DNA of 63,210 bases, counting the filler, from Asterionella formosa (taxonomy: Eukaryota): the NCBI GenBank assembly GCA_002256025.1. It is 18 parts of 18 records of this genome, joined end to end, with 100 filler letters (N's around TTAATTAATTAA, not from the genome) between each part and the next. Parts side by side here need not be neighbours in the genome. Positions count along the whole stretch, not along the records: positions 1 to 20,627 come from NKIB01003283.1; 17 more parts are not named here. The stretch is one strand, 5' to 3'. Positions 1-12,021 of the stretch are shown piece by piece (position 1 is the stretch's first letter; the number at the start of each line of letters is the position of its first letter). The notes beneath the pieces are model-generated. The model ran no database searches and was not told the origin of the DNA. It saw nothing but the letters and a program-made list of their open reading frames with translations. A program made the translations under genes and the position numbers.

Positions 1-12
1 AACGCCCTAGTC

Positions 13-2714
13 ATGCAGCCGCATTGTTTTAATATGGGGCAATCGACATTGCAAATGGTCTCGTCCTCTGAACCGCCCAAGACGAAAGGATACCTAGGAA
101 AGCGACCTCGTTCGAACCCGTACCGATATCCTAGTATCAATCCAATTGTCAAGGCTATCCAAAACTCGACGCACTTGGCAACTGCAAATGCTGCGCATGA
201 TGCCAGATTTGTTTCGCTATTATCAGAAATGCATGAACGTAACAGGAGAGGAGAAGTTCTGACTCGTAAGTAGATTCATGGCGTTGCGCTTTTGCTAGGT
301 ATGTGGAAGACCCCTACTCGATGATCATCTCACACAGTCGACATACACACATGGGTCCATGGTAGAAGCCTATTGCGACTCTGTCTTGGGCCTCTGTGTG
401 GCGTGCAACGAATGGGATTCAGTCCTAGAAGTCATGGAACTCATGAGGGCGCAGAATATTGCCCAAGAAAGGTCTACCTACCGAGCATGTCTCCAGGCGT
501 GCTTTGACCTTGGCAACGGACTTGCCGCGAAGGAAATTTTGGATGCCATGCGAACAGCTCATCTCAAGCCAGATTCTATTGACATCGCTTTAGTAGTAGC
601 CACCATGTGTCGAAATGACAAGGTCGAGAAAGGATGGTATCGCAAGGCATTGAACTTGTTGCGAGCGACGGCAGACACATTTGAAGAAGGAGACGATGTG
701 GTACCGGTGGAGGCATATGATACAGTCTTAAATTGTATGGTGAAAGAGGAACAATGGAAAGATTCACTGCGACTGTTGAATGCAATGGAGCAAGGCTTTA
801 TGTCCACGGCAGAGGAGCGACCGTCACATCCATTGCCGATGGTATCAACTTATAGGATTGTGATAGAAACATGTTTACAAGCGCAACAGACAGAACAAGC
901 ATTTCAAACGCTCTTATCGATGACAAAGCGGGGCCTTACACCAACTGCTTATGCGTTTGAGATTGTGGCGGCTGCCTTGGCCAACAAGCTTCAATGGCGC
1001 CGTGCTCTTCAGTTGCTGGAACTTATGGATGAGATGGATATCCAAAAGACAGTTGTGACTTACAATATTGTGATTTCGGCCTGTGCAAAGGCAGGGGAAG
1101 TAGGCACAGCCAACAATTTGCTACGTAGGATGAGAAAGGCAGGAGTTCAGCCGAATATTATAAGCTTCAATTCGGTCATGTCAGCGTGTGTGCGAACGTC
1201 GAGATGGAAAGAAGCTTTGCTGATTTTTGATCAATGTCAACGTGAACCAGGTGTATATCCTGATATCATAACATTCACAAATGCCATGCGAGCCTGTGTT
1301 AAGGGAGGGAAAACGCAAAAGGCTCTAACATTGCTACAAGTAGCCAAGGACAAGGGTCTGGCGTTGGACAACTATGCATATGCAGCTGCTATTGATGCTT
1401 GTGCGAAAGATGGAATGTGGCAAAAGGGACTAGAACTTTTAGACGAAATGATTGATTTTGGAGTCCAGCCCAACGAGGTTACGTTCTCAATAGCCATTAA
1501 TGCATGTGGTAACGGAGGTCAATGGAAAAAGGCAATGGATCTCCTAAATCTGATGAAAGACAAAGGCATGAAGATCAATCTCATTACATACAATTCAGCC
1601 ATTACTGCGCTTGCCAAGGCTGCTAGGAGGAACACAAAGCAATCTGTCAAGAATCACGCTACAAAGAAAATTTCATCTGGAAATGGTGATTTGCTTGAGA
1701 TCGACGAAGAGCAGCTGTGGACACGAGCTGTAGACCTCCTTGAACAAATAAAGGAGGATGGCTTGGAACCAGACGGTTTCAGTTTTTCTGCAACCATCAG
1801 CTGCTGTGGTTCTGGTGGGAGGTGGGAGGAAGCTCTTAAGTTGATCAAAACGATGCAGTCGGGAAGTCCAAAGACGCGACCGAACAAGATCTCTTACACT
1901 GCAGCCATTTGTAAGTCTGTCGGATTGTAGGCTGGAGAATTTAGTTTGGGACTAACTTGAAGCTGACGCTGTGTTGATCTTTTGTTGTGCAGCTGCTTGC
2001 GGTCGGTCTGGTGAGTATCAACATGCCCTTGAACTCTTCAATGAAATGAAGAATCAGGGGCTTCTTCCAGATCTTGTTGCGTATAACAGCTTGTTCTTTG
2101 CATTGCGTGTGGCTAATGAAGCCGACAAGGCCTATGAGTTGTGGAAGGAAATGTGTGGTGAAGTAGCCGCAAGTAGCGACACTAATGTCCATGGGACAGC
2201 CAGATTGAGCAAGCCAATTGCTCCTGACATAATCACTGTAACGGACGTCATTGCCGCTCTCACAAGGTCCAATGAAGATGTCTACAATGATGAAATCGAC
2301 AGTGTGTTTAACTCCGCATTTAAGAATGGATTGGTTTTGAGAAATGACAATCTTGATTCTCATTTTGAAGTCGATTTGTCAACCATGAGTTTCCCAGTGG
2401 CTAGAGCGGCATGTCGATTCATTTTTAATCGGATCAAGGAACACACCAAGACTGGTGGTGGAGCTGAAGAGGTTTCGCTCATCACTGGCATCGGAGTTTC
2501 ACATCTCATGAGATTTGGGGGCGAAAGTGCTTTATCCAATCATACATTGTTGCATAATGACAATAAATGTCCGGCGTTGAGGGAGTTTGTCCGAGAATGC
2601 TTGGTGAAGGATTTCAATCCGCCCATTGCATCTAATATTCCACAGCGAGCCCAAGGAATTGTTCACATTTCGAAGGAATCACTGGAAGAATGGCTCGCAA
2701 AAAATCAACAATAA
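13..2714 (+). CDS. Pentatricopeptide-repeat protein with C-terminal Smr domain (PPR-SMR), probably organelle-targeted; ~3 exons (13-265, ~366-1910, 1993-2714); true start may lie upstream of the window
   Basis: Many P-type 35-aa PPR motifs (e.g. VTYNIVISACAKAGEVGTANNLLRRMRKAGVQPN). GT-AG intron 1911-1992 joins the ORFs in frame (ISYTAAI-S-ACGRSG). First donor at 266 (gtaagt); acceptor 365 is frame-compatible but less certain. C-terminal VDLSTMS...SLITGIG matches the Smr DLH/ITGxG pattern. Frame is open from base 1. Confidence 0.9.
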
Positions 2715-2827
2715 CGACGAATGCATCTAATAAAAACGAATTGCAGACCAAGTGTGTCCTATGTAACACAGCGAGTTCACACATCACTATAATTGCATCA
2801 TTTGCACATATACAGATAAAACTAGAT

Positions 2828-5800
2828 TTATATCTCGCCATCGTCAAGATTGCTGCTCGTCATCGCTGCCATCATGGCTTCAACACGGGCAGCAGCAAGT
2901 TCTTCAGCAGCCTTAGCTGACTCGCTCTTCCTACTACGTTTGACACCTGAACTAGATAATGTGTCTGACGGTCGAGTGTGGTTCGTGTCAAAAGATGGCA
3001 ACGATTGTCCGCTGCTATCCACCGCTGCCATATTGTCAAGCATGGCGTCCACCCTTTGGGTGTTGCCCCCTTGACGACCCGAAGGTTTGGCCGCCAAGGC
3101 TTCCATCATCTCTTCAACTTTCTCTGCGGCATACCTTTCGGCAGCTTTGGAAACTTCGGTAGAACTTCCAGTTTGCGATTTACGCTCCAAAAACTCGTTC
3201 CATCGTTCGGAACTTTGCTTTGAACTGGTGGACACATCAGAAGAGGCCCCGAGACCTTTCCCTCTACTTTTGGATCTACTTCCTGATCGTTTTGGATCTG
3301 AAACAGCTGCCTTCATTGCCAGATTATCGAAGTATGAAGTCTTTGCCCCAAAATCCCCGGAGACTACACTAGAAGAGGACTTAAAGTCGCCAGTAGTCGT
3401 TGAGGGATTTGCGAGTGGCGTGGAACGATACTTACTCGAGAATGTGGCTTCCTGTGGAGAAACTTCTGTCGAATCATTTTCAATAATGGTTTCTGGTCTT
3501 CCACAGAGATTCGGAGGAACGAAACGCCCGGAGGACCTGCTAGCTAAAGTAGGTGCTGCCCCACGTGTAACAGGAGGGTTTGTCTTCAGAAATGCGAGAT
3601 GTGCCATAGGCATGGAATTTTGGTTAGAATCGCTATAAGAAAACTGAGCTGCACACGCAGAAAGGCGCTTTAAGAACGAGCCCTGCTCAATGTCCGTCCC
3701 CGTATCAGATGTTGTTTCAAACTTGGAGGTGTTCTTGACACTGCTGCCCTCACCAATGCTATCATCCTCATCTTGTGTCTGAATAGGAGATATGTCCGGG
3801 AATGTTGTATCGGAAACCCCAGTTCCTGATCGTTTAGAGCCCAAAATTGCAGCATTTTTAAGAACACCATGGTTTCTCGAGGAGAGTTGCCCATTATCCG
3901 ATGTGGACTGGAATTCAAATAGTGAATCGTCGTCACCATCCTTCTCGTTTTGCGTAATCAAGCGATCTCTTACTGAAGTGTGTCGAACGCTACTCGATCT
4001 GACATGATCAGTCACTGAGGCTCCTATCTTCATCGTTTCTTCTTTCTTCGCTGCAGCTTCGCTCTCTGCACGGACTTTCTTCTCCAGAAATGCTTTGTAT
4101 CCAGCAGCGCTACCAGTGGGTGACGCTGCTCTTGCTAAATCGTCCTTATTCTCGGGCCATGCGATTTCTGCCATCTGAGGCACTTCGCTAAGCTTTCCTG
4201 GTGGCGACGGTGCTGACGAAATACCCTTGTTGTCGACAGGAGAAATAACGGCCGCCCGACTTTTCCTAATCGATGTACTTGATTTCCCTGATTTCGATTC
4301 CCATTGTTGGGCTCTGATCTTGACATTTGAGCTGACCGCTGAAGGTGTCGAAACATCCGTGTCGGTCGATGCACTGGTGTATAGTACAGGGTAGCCGCGA
4401 GAGTTAATAGTCCGAGACGACGTTTGCAACGACGTTGGCGTCAAAGGTTTGAAAGCAAGGGAAGAATTAGAAGGCGAGGTCGTCGATCTAGTTGGTACTG
4501 TAGCGTTGTCCCATGCGCTCGCGTTCGCACCTCCAGTGGAGACTGATGGTCCTGGTGCTACTAAACAAGCAGGTGAAGTACCAACTAAAACGTCGTTAGA
4601 TTGTTTGTCGCCATCGTCGTCAGATTGTTTTTCGCCATCGCCTCGGAATGGGTCTTCCACTTCAATTCCACGATTTGCTGTAGTGTCCAAATTATGTTTA
4701 CTCTCAACTTCCTCCGTAATCCTCGCTTCGATTGTTTTCGAGGTGACGGCCGATCTCCTTCCACCTACATCGGTGATGTTGAGGACATTTACAGCAATTA
4801 ATTCATTCGTATTGAGGTCGGTCTCCTCCCTATTTCTCTCGTCGTGTACTTGAGATGCTACTGACATTGACATGCCGACTGGTGCAATGGTGCCCGAAGC
4901 ATCAATTCCTTTACGATTTTTAGTCTCCGTCACGGCACTTCTTGTACGCAATGGGGACGAGTCTTTGAGGGGCTTGTTCAATTTCGGCACGACAGCTTCT
5001 GGAATTCGAGTATTTCCTGCGTTGGCAAAAAGACTGTTTGAAACCTGCCCCTGCAAAAATGAGTCAGGTTCCCAATCTTCATCATCGTCGGTATCACTAT
5101 GGGTCACCGAGTCGTCCAAATCAACAGGACCACTACTTCGCATAGGCGACAAGGGAGGTCTGTCAGTAGTGGCTGCATCAAAACTCGCCCTGGCGTCAGG
5201 AACGAACAGAGATATGTCGTCTTCATCGCATTTCTGCTTGATGACTTGAACAGGTGGCGTACGTTCATCCGACGACCGTTGAAATTCACCTTCGTTGGCA
5301 AGGAGGGGTGCAGTGTCATCTTCGTTGGCAACGTCGTTAACGGTATTTTCAGTCCACTTTTCTAGTATCTCGGGAGATGCAGTTCCCAGAACCACAGGTT
5401 CCTTTGTCATAGCAGGTGGATCAACTTTCTTCCTTGCTGGCATTTTCACAATCGGCGATTGTTGTTTGGAATAAGATCGAACTAATCCATTATCACCAAG
5501 CTGGACATATTTTTCTTCAGAAATAGAGGCAACAGCTTGGTCGGAACCTGCCGTCGAAAGCTCGGAACGTGATGCTGTTGGCTGTCCTGATTTTTGAATC
5601 CAGCTATTGAGGGGCTTGTCATCTACGGGCTCGCCAGAAATTGTCTGCTTCTTATCTCCCACTCGAGCAAGATCGGTAACGAGTGGTAGAGGTTGTTGAT
5701 CCAGTCCGCCCATTTCTCGTCCAGGGTCCTGTGGTTCTAGAGTGGCTGGCTGAGGTGACTTATTTTGCGGTAGCGAACGCTCATCAGTCACAGTTCTTTC

Positions 5801-8800
5801 GACGAAGTCCGCGCTGGCAAGTTCGGTGTCGAGTCGTCGTGGTCGAATTGCTGCACTTGATGCTGCAATTGCTGGTTTGTTAATGGCACTATCTGAAGGG
5901 AATGTGTCGGTATTCTCAGCTGGCTGACGGGAATGGTGATTCGACCCTATCCAACCTCGTTCATGGTCCCAAATCGGGCCAGTGACTTGCTCAATCTCTG
6001 GAGTGGCAACCTTTGGCTTTGCTGGGGATGTTTTCGCCTGTTCTGAGATAAGCTCCCCTGTTTGGTCTTCGAGGTGTGAGGCGATAGGTTGGCGGATCAT
6101 AGCGCTCCTCTCTTTCTCCCATTCAGAAGGAAAAGGTAGACTGACTAGAGGAGAAAGGGCAGATGCCTCACTCTGTCGGGTTGCAATAGTTGAGTTGTCG
6201 TACTTGCTATTTCGCTCAGTGGTAGCACTCAAATTCAATTTCAATTTCTTATCAGCATTTACAGAGTCCAACTCCGTCTCTGTTGTGTCAAGGTTGGTAT
6301 CCATATAGTCCGCAAATCCAACATTGGGATCCCAAGCGGTGTTGAAATTATTAGCTGATGCTTGCATCGATTGATGCCATCCTTTCTTCGTTGTTGCCTT
6401 CTTGTCGGCCTCTTTAGCCTTTGCAAGCCGTTCCTTTGCTGCACCGGGTCTTCGTTTTCGCGACGATTGGGTTATGGACGAGCTTCCAGTCATACCAGTG
6501 GCTGCGGTCCAAACAGACCTTTGATCCTGTCCTTGAGTAGTAGAGTATATGGAAGAATCCAGATAGTTATCAAGGCTGGAATTTATGTCGGTCGCATGCC
6601 TTTGATTATGGGATCCAGTCATTGATTTCGGTGAATTGAGGTAGAATCCATCATCGCGCTGGCCTCCATTATCTTCGTCTGTCGAGACAACCGGACGTAG
6701 TAAAGTCTTTTCACGATCGTCCAGCCCGTTGTTCTCGATTGCGTCCCTTTCCCGTTCTGTTTCATATGATTGGTCATATTTTTGAGGAGTACTTAGTCTG
6801 CCTTGTTGAATATTCGATGGCGAGAGCAGATTGTCATGGAGTTTATAGTCCTCGTCTAGCTCGCCATTTTGAATCCATAGTGGTGAAATTGGGGACTTTT
6901 TCACTGTAGATTCTTTATCAGTGATGGTTAATGGGGATTCAAGTGCTCTCGAGTAAATTTCTTCAGGTTCTGGTTTGGATTCACGACCGTCGTCGTCCAA
7001 TGTCATGAAGCCCGTACGTTTCGAGCCCGGAATAGGTAATCCTAGAATTCTCCTGCGACCATCGTCGTTTTGAGTGGAGATGTCCATTTCCGGTGTTTGT
7101 TTATTCTGACGACGCCCGACTGACATGCCAAGAATTGCTTTTGAGCTTGTCTGGTCTACGTATTCTGATTTGTTCAAGGGCAAAACGTCATCCTTTCCAT
7201 TTTCTCCCATTGAAGAAAATCCTTGTGTTCGCGGCGATACAAGCATTGAAGCCAGGCGAGAGCCACGCTTACTTTGATTCCTGGATATGGCGGCAACGAC
7301 GGCATCATCGTCATTGTCCTGTTCTTCTGGGCGTTCTACTCGGACAGCATCATAAAAATTGTTTCCGCTCTTAGGAAATTCAATTTGAGGGTCACTGCTA
7401 CTTGAGGCTACGTCAGCCGGAGAGATGGCAACATTTCCTCTTCTTGATAGTTCATTCATTTCTTGTTTGGGAAAGCTATAGGCTGCTACTGATGGGGAAT
7501 AATCATCGGGTTCGGACGTAGATTCCGAAATGCCAAACTCATCTGCAAGGTCACCAAAGTCAGATGACGTGGTGGTTTCAGCTGACTTCTTAGTTGCGGA
7601 TCCGACTGTGGCGGTTTCTGCTCCTCGATCCTTACCGCCCGACCTCCTTGGTGTCCCCATACCGATAGCGATTTCGTCATCATTTGTCTTTGTAGCAGCT
7701 GCTCCAACCATCGCAATTGTGGTGCCAGTCTTTCCACTCGATTTTGTACCTTCATCGTCATTCGTTTTTGATCCTTTTTTCCAAAACATAAAACGGGCAG
7801 ATTTCCTATCGTTCGCCTCCTTATTCTCAGTCTTTGCATCTTCTAACTCATTTCCCATATCTTTTTGACTTTGAAGTTTTTCCCTCTCCGCCAAGACAAC
7901 GGCAGATGACTCTGTTGGCGTCATACCGGAATTGATATGTTTCAAGAACTTCCGCTTCTCCGTCGCTGTAAATGAGTTGTAGACATTGTCTGCGTCGTCA
8001 TCTTGATCGTCGATGCTAGGGATTTCTTTTCTTGTAGAATTAGAGGATACAGTATTTTGATGCTTCTTTTCAAAGTCCTCCCTGGCCTTTCTCGCCATTG
8101 CAGCGAGATACGCATTTTTCCGTTGAGGAGACCAAGATGCAGTTGACTGGGCGTGGGTGTCGTCATCTATCGCAGTGTCATCGTTGGTATAGACCACTTC
8201 TGTGGCATTCTGTGGAGGCCGCCCTCGTTTCGGATCAACATATTCCACTTCAATTGCAGTTTGCTCGCCAGCATCCGATGATTGGTCCCTCATAGTGGGG
8301 CCATTCGTACCACGAGAATCATATTGATATGGTTGCCTTGACGACTCCAGTTTGCTTGGTAAATCTGATGGCGATCCGCATATTTCAGTCAAAGACTGCA
8401 GTGTGTAGTCGCATAAATTCAGCTCATCCTCGTCTGTGGGATCAATCTCAATTTCGTCTGCATACAATTCAGACTCGCGAGAGTGCTTCGCAGCATTTGT
8501 GCGCTTGCGATCCTGCTTCCGCTGAGCATCTCGTTCATCATCGGGCAAGTCGTCGTCAGTATCCATGTTGCTCTTTGAAAAGTACGCGAGATGAGGCTGG
8601 TGAGTCTTGTCAACGCCATGATGCACCAACCCAGCCTGCGATGGGGGCGACATGGGTTTTTTGGTAGTCCGCTGACCATTGACTACGCGCCCATGAATGG
8701 GGGTGCCTCTCGAACGAGATCGGGATCTCGATAGCGAAGGTAAATCTCCGTCTTCAAGAGGCTCGTCGTCGTGATCAGTGGGACCCAAAAGCTCGTCAAC

Positions 8801-8989
8801 GCAAAACATGAGTCCAGTAGACTTCACAGGGCGTCGGACCTTCACGGGTTCGGAGATGGGATCAGGTCCCTCATCCCAAGGCTCCATATCTTCGGGGGAA
8901 CCAAATTGTTTCATGGTAGCAACATGATCGTATTGATTAACGGAAGGCGAAGGATCACGCCTTTCCAACGCCGCGCTTTTACCTGTCAT
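2828..8989 (-). CDS. Large single-exon, low-complexity, predicted intrinsically disordered protein (2053 aa), function unknown
   Basis: 6.2-kb uninterrupted ATG-initiated ORF; S/D/E/T/P-rich; no domain recognised. Confidence 0.85.
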   Translation of the reverse strand: MTGKSAALERRDPSPSVNQYDHVATMKQFGSPEDMEPWDEGPDPISEPVKVRRPVKSTGLMFCVDELLGPTDHDDEPLEDGDLPSLSRSRSRSRGTPIHGRVVNGQRTTKKPMSPPSQAGLVHHGVDKTHQPHLAYFSKSNMDTDDDLPDDERDAQRKQDRKRTNAAKHSRESELYADEIEIDPTDEDELNLCDYTLQSLTEICGSPSDLPSKLESSRQPYQYDSRGTNGPTMRDQSSDAGEQTAIEVEYVDPKRGRPPQNATEVVYTNDDTAIDDDTHAQSTASWSPQRKNAYLAAMARKAREDFEKKHQNTVSSNSTRKEIPSIDDQDDDADNVYNSFTATEKRKFLKHINSGMTPTESSAVVLAEREKLQSQKDMGNELEDAKTENKEANDRKSARFMFWKKGSKTNDDEGTKSSGKTGTTIAMVGAAATKTNDDEIAIGMGTPRRSGGKDRGAETATVGSATKKSAETTTSSDFGDLADEFGISESTSEPDDYSPSVAAYSFPKQEMNELSRRGNVAISPADVASSSSDPQIEFPKSGNNFYDAVRVERPEEQDNDDDAVVAAISRNQSKRGSRLASMLVSPRTQGFSSMGENGKDDVLPLNKSEYVDQTSSKAILGMSVGRRQNKQTPEMDISTQNDDGRRRILGLPIPGSKRTGFMTLDDDGRESKPEPEEIYSRALESPLTITDKESTVKKSPISPLWIQNGELDEDYKLHDNLLSPSNIQQGRLSTPQKYDQSYETERERDAIENNGLDDREKTLLRPVVSTDEDNGGQRDDGFYLNSPKSMTGSHNQRHATDINSSLDNYLDSSIYSTTQGQDQRSVWTAATGMTGSSSITQSSRKRRPGAAKERLAKAKEADKKATTKKGWHQSMQASANNFNTAWDPNVGFADYMDTNLDTTETELDSVNADKKLKLNLSATTERNSKYDNSTIATRQSEASALSPLVSLPFPSEWEKERSAMIRQPIASHLEDQTGELISEQAKTSPAKPKVATPEIEQVTGPIWDHERGWIGSNHHSRQPAENTDTFPSDSAINKPAIAASSAAIRPRRLDTELASADFVERTVTDERSLPQNKSPQPATLEPQDPGREMGGLDQQPLPLVTDLARVGDKKQTISGEPVDDKPLNSWIQKSGQPTASRSELSTAGSDQAVASISEEKYVQLGDNGLVRSYSKQQSPIVKMPARKKVDPPAMTKEPVVLGTASPEILEKWTENTVNDVANEDDTAPLLANEGEFQRSSDERTPPVQVIKQKCDEDDISLFVPDARASFDAATTDRPPLSPMRSSGPVDLDDSVTHSDTDDDEDWEPDSFLQGQVSNSLFANAGNTRIPEAVVPKLNKPLKDSSPLRTRSAVTETKNRKGIDASGTIAPVGMSMSVASQVHDERNREETDLNTNELIAVNVLNITDVGGRRSAVTSKTIEARITEEVESKHNLDTTANRGIEVEDPFRGDGEKQSDDDGDKQSNDVLVGTSPACLVAPGPSVSTGGANASAWDNATVPTRSTTSPSNSSLAFKPLTPTSLQTSSRTINSRGYPVLYTSASTDTDVSTPSAVSSNVKIRAQQWESKSGKSSTSIRKSRAAVISPVDNKGISSAPSPPGKLSEVPQMAEIAWPENKDDLARAASPTGSAAGYKAFLEKKVRAESEAAAKKEETMKIGASVTDHVRSSSVRHTSVRDRLITQNEKDGDDDSLFEFQSTSDNGQLSSRNHGVLKNAAILGSKRSGTGVSDTTFPDISPIQTQDEDDSIGEGSSVKNTSKFETTSDTGTDIEQGSFLKRLSACAAQFSYSDSNQNSMPMAHLAFLKTNPPVTRGAAPTLASRSSGRFVPPNLCGRPETIIENDSTEVSPQEATFSSKYRSTPLANPSTTTGDFKSSSSVVSGDFGAKTSYFDNLAMKAAVSDPKRSGSRSKSRGKGLGASSDVSTSSKQSSERWNEFLERKSQTGSSTEVSKAAERYAAEKVEEMMEALAAKPSGRQGGNTQRVDAMLDNMAAVDSSGQSLPSFDTNHTRPSDTLSSSGVKRSRKSESAKAAEELAAARVEAMMAAMTSSNLDDGEI

Positions 8990-11147
8990 TGTGACTTCTC
9001 GAATGGACTCAACCAGGTATGCAATACGTCGACGTCGACGTCGAACAAAACGTATTGTTCCTTTAAGGTGCCGGTAATGTTGTTACGACAATGGTTATAA
9101 TCAAAATAACAGAGAGCTTCGATGTGTTCAACCAAAGGCAAGGGTGAGCCGTTAGAACGGAGGCTTCAATGTGAGTCCTGGTTTGCTCCATAACATGCGG
9201 CCGGTCCCATTTATTGCGGCCAGCGATGATATGAAGCCAGACTTGCGAGCACGATGACTTCATACTATACTACTGAATAAATCGTACGAGAATTTATATA
9301 TTTTAGCACATTATATCGGTACATGTTGTCTATGTGTACATTGGTATATTAGGTTTGAAGGAGGTGGCCGACGACTTTAAACTTAACGTTGAGCGCCAGC
9401 CCATGCATCATTCGGTCCGTTGAGGAGATTATTATCGCGACAAACAAAGGTGGCAGGACGATCATTTGGGCGTTGAGCCTCGTGTGCAACTCTTCTAAAA
9501 TATTATGCTACTTTTATCGGAATTTATTTGGGGCAAACCAAAATTCATGTGTTCTAAAACAAAATTTACTGCACTTATCGAATAATATTATGGGATCAGA
9601 CCAATAATTATGTGAGTTCGCAAAAATATCATTTTTCCAACTGCCCTCACCATAGTATTATGGCGAAATTACGTCAGTTCACAGTAATGATATTATCATC
9701 ATAGTCTCACCACATACCGGTAATTAAAATAAGAGTCCCTAATATCAATCAGCTGCCAATGAACAACTCATTTGTGTGCGCCAATACCTGCATCCATGAC
9801 TACACAAATTGTTGGCACAGTACAATCAATCAATTCTCAGTCGATAAATAACTATTTTAACATCATTTGCCTTCACTTAATCATGTTACTGTTATAGTTG
9901 TTGTCTTATTCACACATGCTGGAAAACCCTGTGCCACTTAGCATACAATACCCTTGATCCTATATGCATGATACTGATGGAATTTATCACATGCATAGCT
10001 ATATATGGACTAAAAGCGCACTACAGGACCAATTAGGCAAGAATGTTGAAGAGTGGCCCAGAAGGTTGGAAGCACCACCAGGAAGAGGGGGGAGGCTATG
10101 TGAACCAATTGGCTCAATATTCCGCTCTGATGGGCAAGTACCAGGACTGCAAGTTTCACAAGAAAATGGGATTGCACCAAGATGTGCACAGTTTAGGGAA
10201 TTGATTGGAAACGCTGGATAACAGAGTTTCCAAGCTCTCTACTAGTAGGGTGAGAATGATGCAAATTAGGAGGGGATACCTCCTTCTGTATGGCACACTT
10301 AGTAGACATCAGCATTTAACACCAAATTTAAAAGGTTTTCATACTACTAGTAAGACTATTGATGGTTGGCGACCTAAGGGGGACAATGGAGGTTGGAAAA
10401 TGAGGAGAGACCGGGATGTGCTATTAGAAAGGTCAGAAGTCATGGAAAGCCAAGACCTGTCCTCAAAGGAATTCCAAGGACCAGAGTTTGTCAGAGCATC
10501 CTGGCGGTTCAAAGATGATTTGGCGTCCTTACCTTACAACAACTTCTTGCAAGCATTCATGACAGAACCGCCAGTTGTTCCTACACGCTGCAACAAGCAA
10601 GAGCAGAATTTCAAGGGTTCGGTGATACTTCTGGTCATGCATCTGAATCCACATTTCAGTTTGGAGACCACCAGATTATATATCGATATCATGGACAATA
10701 GTGCCTGTTTAAGCTTGCTTAGGAGTAGCAGAAGATTCTTCCAATTGTAAGGAGCTCTTGAATTTGGTGATTTCTCTCCTAGAGGCAGAAAGAGAAGAAG
10801 GAAGATTGTTCAATTGCAAAGCCAAAAACTGGCCATATGGCCCAGTAAATTCCAGTATTTTCACCTTAGCAAAAAAACCAAAGTTCCTTTCTGCACTTTC
10901 TTGTCCCCAGATCCGCCTATATCCTGCCTGACAATATGTAAAGTTGTACTATACCCATACTTTGACCAATGACTGTATCTAAGCATATGGAAAAGGTGTC
11001 CAATGGTGAAAGCTCCATGTAGCAATATGCATATTTATATTAGACGTGAAAAGTAAGTTCATTCTCCTTCTGAACGCATAGCTATCACTCCCTTGAGTGC
11101 AACATCAACTTTTTTCACAGTGACGAACTTTATACCCAACCTTTTTT

Positions 11148-11726
11148 NNNNNNNNNNNNNNNNNNNNNNNNNNNNNNNNNNNNNNNNNNNNNNNNNNNNN
11201 NNNNNNNNNNNNNNNNNNNNNNNNNNNNNNNNNNNNNNNNNNNNNNNNNNNNNNNNNNNNNNNNNNNNNNNNNNNNNNNNNNNNNNNNNNNNNNNNNNNN
11301 NNNNNNNNNNNNNNNNNNNNNNNNNNNNNNNNNNNNNNNNNNNNNNNNNNNNNNNNNNNNNNNNNNNNNNNNNNNNNNNNNNNNNNNNNNNNNNNNNNNN
11401 NNNNNNNNNNNNNNNNNNNNNNNNNNNNNNNNNNNNNNNNNNNNNNNNNNNNNNNNNNNNNNNNNNNNNNNNNNNNNNNNNNNNNNNNNNNNNNNNNNNN
11501 NNNNNNNNNNNNNNNNNNNNNNNNNNNNNNNNNNNNNNNNNNNNNNNNNNNNNNNNNNNNNNNNNNNNNNNNNNNNNNNNNNNNNNNNNNNNNNNNNNNN
11601 NNNNNNNNNNNNNNNNNNNNNNNNNNNNNNNNNNNNNNNNNNNNNNNNNNNNNNNNNNNNNNNNNNNNNNNNNNNNNNNNNNNNNNNNNNNNNNNNNNNN
11701 NNNNNNNNNNNNNNNNNNNNNNNNNN
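11148..11726. other. Scaffold gap (579 N)
   Basis: Pure N run without the TTAATTAATTAA linker. Confidence 0.98.
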
Positions 11727-12021
11727 AACATTTATAATTATTTAGCTATCATGCTACGATTCTTTTCTACATATAAAACACAAGATAAGACAGGTAGTAG
11801 TGGTTGTGAGCACCTCCTGGTGGAAGGTCCGGTAATCAGCAAGTTGCGCGCACTATATACTAAAAATTCCACGTAGCGGTTTCAACCTACTTCATTGGAA
11901 GTCTGACCGGCTCACCAATTCCGAAATGATGAAAAATCTCAGATTATTTTCATAGATTCATATTACCTGTAACCGTTATAAAATTTCAAACGCAAACGCG
12001 CTGCCAACTTTCACAGCAGAA

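Noticed and set aside
9025..9044. (gtcgac)n palindromic run upstream of the large ORF as a regulatory site
   Set aside because: Three-unit microsatellite seen once; no support for function.
2850..9100. Many short overlapping or antisense ORFs
   Set aside because: Shadows of the 2053-aa CDS; the same applies to short ORFs overlapping USP5, NOG2, the CXC gene and CNOT11.
9964..10750. Protein-coding gene or non-LTR RNase H remnant
   Set aside because: Only faint RAE.QG and DN motifs across frameshifts; too weak to call.
11093..11737. ORFs made of X residues
   Set aside because: Translations of N gaps.
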